Below the pieces are notes generated by a model, which saw nothing but the letters and a program-made list of their open reading frames with translations, did no database searches and had not been told where the DNA came from. The translations under genes and the position numbers were made by a program. A stretch of 64,000 nucleotides of DNA. It comes from Euryarchaeota archaeon UBA251. GTDB taxonomy: Archaea > Thermoplasmatota > Poseidoniia > Poseidoniales > Thalassarchaeaceae. This document shows, one piece after another, positions 59,801 through 64,000 of the stretch; position 1 is the first letter of the stretch; each line of letters starts with the position of its first letter. The stretch spans positions 260 through 64,259 of the forward strand of contig DAFJ01000024.1 of the NCBI GenBank assembly GCA_002497905.1, written 5' to 3'.

Positions 59801-60118
59801 TTGATAACGGAACGGAGTCGGAGTATGCTTGCCCCGACTGCAACACCGTGCTGACGACCTCCCTCGCCGGAAGGAAGGATGACGTTCGGTACCACGTTCG
59901 GGGATTCGCCGTCGATCGAAGTTCACGGGGACCATCTGGGATGATCCGTGAGGCAAACGACGGCTGGACGGACTATGGGTCCCCGGTTGACCGAATGGGA
60001 TGATTCATGGGACAACCAATCCGTCCGACAGACGTCCTGGGGCAGGGTCAGGCCCGTGAGCTACGGCGATGAAGCGGGAAGTTACGCCCCGGGACACAGA
60101 CTCTGTCGGATGTTTCAA
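59801..60118 (+). ncRNA. Multi-hairpin H/ACA-box pseudouridylation guide RNA (3 clear plus 1 possible K-turn hairpins)
   Basis: Hairpins 59908-59964, 59966-60030 (ACA at 60028) and 60034-60098 (ACA at 60096) each have lower stem, bipartite pocket and apical K-turn (NGA...GAUGA); pockets complementary to recalled archaeal 23S rRNA motifs; closing stem 59812-59819/60099-60106. Confidence 0.85.
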
Positions 60119-60142
60119 TTCACTCCTCCTCTACCTAAGGCC

Positions 60143-61150
60143 ATGAGCGAACGGATTGGCCTTCTTGGTGGAACGTTCGATCGCCTCCATGTAGGCCATC
60201 ATCGCCTGATTGAAGAGGTCGCCGCTCGCTGCGATAATCTTGAGATTCATGTGACTTCAGACAGTATGGCTTCAGCAAAGGGAAATCAGGTCCAATCTTA
60301 CGACCAGCGCTTTGAATCACTTTCTACATTTATTGAACAGACTGGAGTTCAAGCTTCAGTACACATGTTAGATGATCCATTCGGACCTGCACCACATCGG
60401 GAAGATTGTGTAGTCATTGGTTGCACCTCTGAGACACTAGATGGTTGTGAGCGAATCAACGAGATGCGTCTTGAAGCGGCATTGAAACCATTGGAAATTG
60501 TGGTTGTGGCACATTTCATCGATGAAGCAGGGGAGATCCTTTCATCATCACGAATTAGGAGCGGTATAGTATCACCATCTGGGACTCTCTGGATTCAGGC
60601 ATCGGATTTCGATACTGTTCGTTATATGCCTGCAGTCCTTGATGAGGAGTTGAAGCAACCTTTGGGAACGTTGCACAAGGGTCCAGAGGATAATCCATCC
60701 ATCGCCCTTGAATCCGCTCTTTCAACTGTGAAGGATAAATCCATGATTATCGCAGTTGGGGATGTCACCGTTCTTTCTCTCGAAGAGAGTGGTCATATCC
60801 CGCGTGTTGCAGTCATTGACGGTTGTACGAAAAGGCAGGAATGGAGTCCATCATCTCGGATTACTCTTGATGAGTCTAAACGCTTCCATGCGGTCAACCC
60901 AGCAGGAACGCTAACGCGATCTATGTACGAAGCTTGTCGAGATGCCATGCATTGGGATGGACCCACGGTTATCGATGTTGAAGGAGAGGAGGATCTTTCT
61001 CCGATTCCTTTGATTCTAATCTGTCCCCTAGGTACAGTCATCATGTATGGTCAGCCAGGAGAGGGGATCGTCGTCCGTCGTGTGGATTTAGCCGCCAAAT
61101 CTAGGGCTCGCCGTTTTCTTGATGCGTTTCAGTCAACGGAGTCGAAGTGA
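60143..61150 (+). CDS. coaD: Phosphopantetheine adenylyltransferase fused to DUF359 GTP-dependent dephospho-CoA kinase
   Basis: GGTFDRLHVGH, SSSRIR; then LKQPLG, VGDVT, NPAG, VEGEEDL, YGQPGEG; start moved to ATG 60143. Confidence 0.9.
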   Translation: MSERIGLLGGTFDRLHVGHHRLIEEVAARCDNLEIHVTSDSMASAKGNQVQSYDQRFESLSTFIEQTGVQASVHMLDDPFGPAPHREDCVVIGCTSETLDGCERINEMRLEAALKPLEIVVVAHFIDEAGEILSSSRIRSGIVSPSGTLWIQASDFDTVRYMPAVLDEELKQPLGTLHKGPEDNPSIALESALSTVKDKSMIIAVGDVTVLSLEESGHIPRVAVIDGCTKRQEWSPSSRITLDESKRFHAVNPAGTLTRSMYEACRDAMHWDGPTVIDVEGEEDLSPIPLILICPLGTVIMYGQPGEGIVVRRVDLAAKSRARRFLDAFQSTESK

Positions 61151-62130
61151 TGCTCATCACTATCACCGTATGTGCACGTGATGCTGAAGATTGGGTGGAT
61201 GATTGTCTTTCCTCGCTCTGTGCTCAGGATTACCGGCCATTACAGATCATAGCCGTGGATGACGGTTCAAATGATGCAACATTGGAACGGATGCAGTCAT
61301 TCATACCACCACTGGATAGTGACCTCGAACTTCTTGTTCGTAGTCAAGGAAGAGTAGGCCTATCAGCCGGTCGTAATCGTGCTGTGAACGAGGCCGCTGG
61401 TGAGTGGATTGCGATTACCGATATCGATTGCCGTCCGGATCATAACTGGATTAGTACGATGCTTACCCACTTGCCTAGCCTAGAAGGTGAGAATGTTGTC
61501 GCTTTGACGGGTCGGACTGTATTCGCTCCGGGATCAAGTCGAATTTCTCGTCTTCGTTCAGAGGCCATCGCAAAGAAGTATGCGAGTCGAGATAAAATTG
61601 TGTTACTTGCCAATGGCCCATGTTCCATGTTTCGTGCTGATATGCTTCGTTCAATTGGTGGTTTTTCACCTGATTGGTTTCATGCAGAAGATATGGAGGT
61701 CAGTATCCGGATGATCCAGAATGGAGGAACCATTCTCTATGTCTCTGAAGCGACGGTCCAACATGTGGCAGAGGAGGGCCTCTTACGATTCCTCAAGAAG
61801 AGATATCGAGATGCTCGTGCTCATTTCAGAATTGTTCGACGATATGGGTTTCGTGGAGTTAAGACACCTGAACAATTGACGATGAATCATGATTTCATCT
61901 CAGATGGTGCTATCATATCCCTCATACTTCCTATGTTGGGGTTATGGTCACTTGCTGTCAAATTGCTTTGCTACGATTACCCAACCATTGCTCTATTGGG
62001 TATATTCGTGGAAATTACCATGTTTGCTGTACCTTGGTCACGAATTCGAATCCTATGGAGTGGCGCTATCTGGCTAGGAGTTGGACAAGGCATCATAGAT
62101 GCAATTCTTGGTCGCGCAGGACACCGATAA
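61147..62130 (+). CDS. GT2 family glycosyltransferase with C-terminal TM
   Basis: VDDGSND, GLSAGRN, TDIDC, GGF...AEDME. Confidence 0.88.
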   Translation: MMLITITVCARDAEDWVDDCLSSLCAQDYRPLQIIAVDDGSNDATLERMQSFIPPLDSDLELLVRSQGRVGLSAGRNRAVNEAAGEWIAITDIDCRPDHNWISTMLTHLPSLEGENVVALTGRTVFAPGSSRISRLRSEAIAKKYASRDKIVLLANGPCSMFRADMLRSIGGFSPDWFHAEDMEVSIRMIQNGGTILYVSEATVQHVAEEGLLRFLKKRYRDARAHFRIVRRYGFRGVKTPEQLTMNHDFISDGAIISLILPMLGLWSLAVKLLCYDYPTIALLGIFVEITMFAVPWSRIRILWSGAIWLGVGQGIIDAILGRAGHR

Positions 62131-62679
62131 TCAAGCATCTTCTGCATCAGAATCGAGGTGTGGAAGCATGATGCCGAACCCGATTAGGGGGATGGTAATT
62201 GCGTACACACCAGGGTCGACCCAAGTCATGTTCATTCCAGACCATCCGAAATAGAAGATGAGTCCAATCAAGGTCATCCAGTTACCAATCATCTTGTTGG
62301 TCCCATTACTTGCGTCAAAGAAAGGTGTCCAGCGGTCGAGGGTAAGGAAACTTTGCAACCATCCAACAAACCCATTTTCCTCAGTAGATTGCAGAATCAT
62401 GAATCCAAGACCGAGGCAGGCGAGAGCCATGGCGGTAAACACCATGTCACCTGAACTGAAGACAACTCCATCGTGAGTTACGTGTGTGTTGTCTGCAAGG
62501 TATCCATACGTGAGGAAGCCAGCCCAGACAACCTTCTGTCCCGCAGCGTATGCACCATACAGGACATTAATCACATCGACGAGCAGAGCCCAGATACCTA
62601 TACTCGTCAGAATGCGCCCAAGGGTGGGCGATTCTGGAATGAAGGAGGGGTTAACCTCGTCGACCGCATCATCCGCCAT
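62131..62679 (-). CDS. Hypothetical four-TM membrane protein
   Basis: Four hydrophobic helices; W.GM..TWVDPGVY. Confidence 0.7.
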   Translation of the reverse strand: MADDAVDEVNPSFIPESPTLGRILTSIGIWALLVDVINVLYGAYAAGQKVVWAGFLTYGYLADNTHVTHDGVVFSSGDMVFTAMALACLGLGFMILQSTEENGFVGWLQSFLTLDRWTPFFDASNGTNKMIGNWMTLIGLIFYFGWSGMNMTWVDPGVYAITIPLIGFGIMLPHLDSDAEDA

Positions 62680-62730
62680 GACCGTTCGACCGGAGAGGTC
62701 GTCTTAACCGTTGCCGGATGAGACCGCGCC

Positions 62731-63969
62731 TTATCCAAGCCTTTTCTGGAGTTTGTAGGCTCCCTTAGATGCCGCTTCGAGGCCAGGATTATCTTGGGCT
62801 AGGATCTGTATTGCATCGATTCCCTTTGGGATGAGGCTATACACATGCTTCGTTCTTCCATGGCGGCCTAGGAAGACGTTTCTTACATGTGCCAGGCCAG
62901 CCGAATCAAACTCGTTGATGATTGTTGATACTCGCCGTGATGTCAATGGTCTGAAGCCCGCGCGGGAGCAAGCTTGAGTGTAGGTTTCCCAGATTGTTCC
63001 ACTATTTTGGGTATGGACACCGTTTCTCTGATTGATGAGGATAGACATCAGGATCAATTTCTGGTGCTCAGGAAGGCCTTGCATGAGCGTTATGGCGCGA
63101 TCCTGTTCCATTTGGGCTTGAGCGCTGATTACATGTTCGATATTGATGCTGTTCGCATCACCAATCTCCGCTCGTTGTGCGGATACGCGAAGAAGATCGA
63201 TTGCCCTCCTTGCATCACCATGTTCCTTAGCAACTAGGTCAGCACACAGCCTAATTCCAGATTCATCCCAGGTTCCTTCGCGAAGACCATCTTTTGCTCG
63301 GTTGATTAGAATGTCATTGACTTGGTCAGCAGTGTAGGGTATGAACACAATGTCTTCTGCTGCAAGTCGAGAACGTATGGGGCCGGTCAGTGAGTCGGTA
63401 AAAGAGAAGTCGTTACTGATTCCAATAATTGAGGCTCTTGCCGTACTCAGGAGTACGTTCAGAGTGGTTAGGTCGTAGAGCAATTGTTCCTCGGATTGTG
63501 CTGCAAGGCGATCCATTTCGTCGAGAACAATGACATGGACTCCTGATCGGCGATCCATGCGACGAACTGTTTCCTCAAGGACCCTGTCTGCAGGCCATCC
63601 AGTGAATGGAATAGTGACGTCGCCCTTCTCCCTGAGTCGGGTGGCGATACTGTGCAGTACCCTATATCGAGTGTTAGTATGCTGGGCATTCACCTCATGT
63701 GATGTCACACTACTACCGATTGCTTCTGCCCGTTCCTCAAGTTGCTGGATTACGAATCGGGCGGCTGCAGTCTTCCCCGCACCTGTCGGGCCGTAGAGAA
63801 TCATGTTACCCGGGATGTGACCTTCAAGAGCATCCGCGAGGTTGAGTACCATGGCGTGTACTTGTGCATCTCGATGACAGAGGGCAGAAGGAGAGTGGCG
63901 AGGGTCAAAGACTCGACGATCTGAGAACATTGAGTTTGAACGACTCGCCGCTTCAAAGATGTTCGTCAT
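62731..63969 (-). CDS. cdc6: Orc1/Cdc6 replication initiator family protein
   Basis: HRD.Q, YGPTGAGKT, VLDEMD, IGISN, IRSRL, PY, HGDARRAIDLLR, C-terminal wHTH with GRHGRT. Confidence 0.92.
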   Translation of the reverse strand: MTNIFEAASRSNSMFSDRRVFDPRHSPSALCHRDAQVHAMVLNLADALEGHIPGNMILYGPTGAGKTAAARFVIQQLEERAEAIGSSVTSHEVNAQHTNTRYRVLHSIATRLREKGDVTIPFTGWPADRVLEETVRRMDRRSGVHVIVLDEMDRLAAQSEEQLLYDLTTLNVLLSTARASIIGISNDFSFTDSLTGPIRSRLAAEDIVFIPYTADQVNDILINRAKDGLREGTWDESGIRLCADLVAKEHGDARRAIDLLRVSAQRAEIGDANSINIEHVISAQAQMEQDRAITLMQGLPEHQKLILMSILINQRNGVHTQNSGTIWETYTQACSRAGFRPLTSRRVSTIINEFDSAGLAHVRNVFLGRHGRTKHVYSLIPKGIDAIQILAQDNPGLEAASKGAYKLQKRLG

Positions 63970-64000
63970 TTCAATCACTCCAAATCCAAGCACATGTCCA

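Noticed and set aside
59797..60003. In-frame continuation after the TGA of the wHTH gene reading EYACPDCNTVL (readthrough, selenocysteine or zinc ribbon)
   Set aside because: Only one CxxC, no start before it, no SECIS recognised; the RNA structure explains the sequence better
59801..60118. RNase P RNA or SRP RNA
   Set aside because: No GAGGAA.GUCC/ACAGAA P4 motifs and no SRP helix 8 AGG...GNRA...AGC motif on either strand
59948..60142. 65-aa N-terminal extension of the coaD ORF in the track
   Set aside because: It overlaps the H/ACA hairpins; CoaD similarity begins at ATG 60143
62680..64000. Replication origin next to cdc6
   Set aside because: No ORB repeats in the short downstream gap; the upstream region is outside the window

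Overview
Chromosomal window from an archaeon. Gene content (MC1, CDC48, Cdc6/Orc1, Bud32, CoaD-DUF359 fusion, DUF3860-like winged-helix pair, acidic surface proteins, Pro-rich membrane proteins) fits Marine Group II Euryarchaeota / Poseidoniales; this is inferred from content only. About 55 densely packed genes: TIGR03790/PA14/LamG surface protein, an AT-richer block with an actinobacterial Sdh1-type succinate dehydrogenase, CDC48 to DUF58 cluster, a Roadblock/coiled-coil module, a BoxB/BoxC-like CoA-dependent aromatic catabolism cluster, moaE/moaC, glpX/class I aldolase, pyrBI, a type IV pilus locus, ABC exporter, rdgB/bud32, nadA, CoA synthesis and cdc6. The strongest signal missed by the ORF track is a ~310-nt structured RNA at 59801-60118: 3-4 tandem K-turn hairpins with H/ACA guide architecture whose pockets match archaeal 23S rRNA H69, the PTC 2496 region and the A-loop, all closed by a terminal stem. 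No tRNA, rRNA, CRISPR array or transposase was recognised. All family calls come from motif recognition by eye, not database searches.
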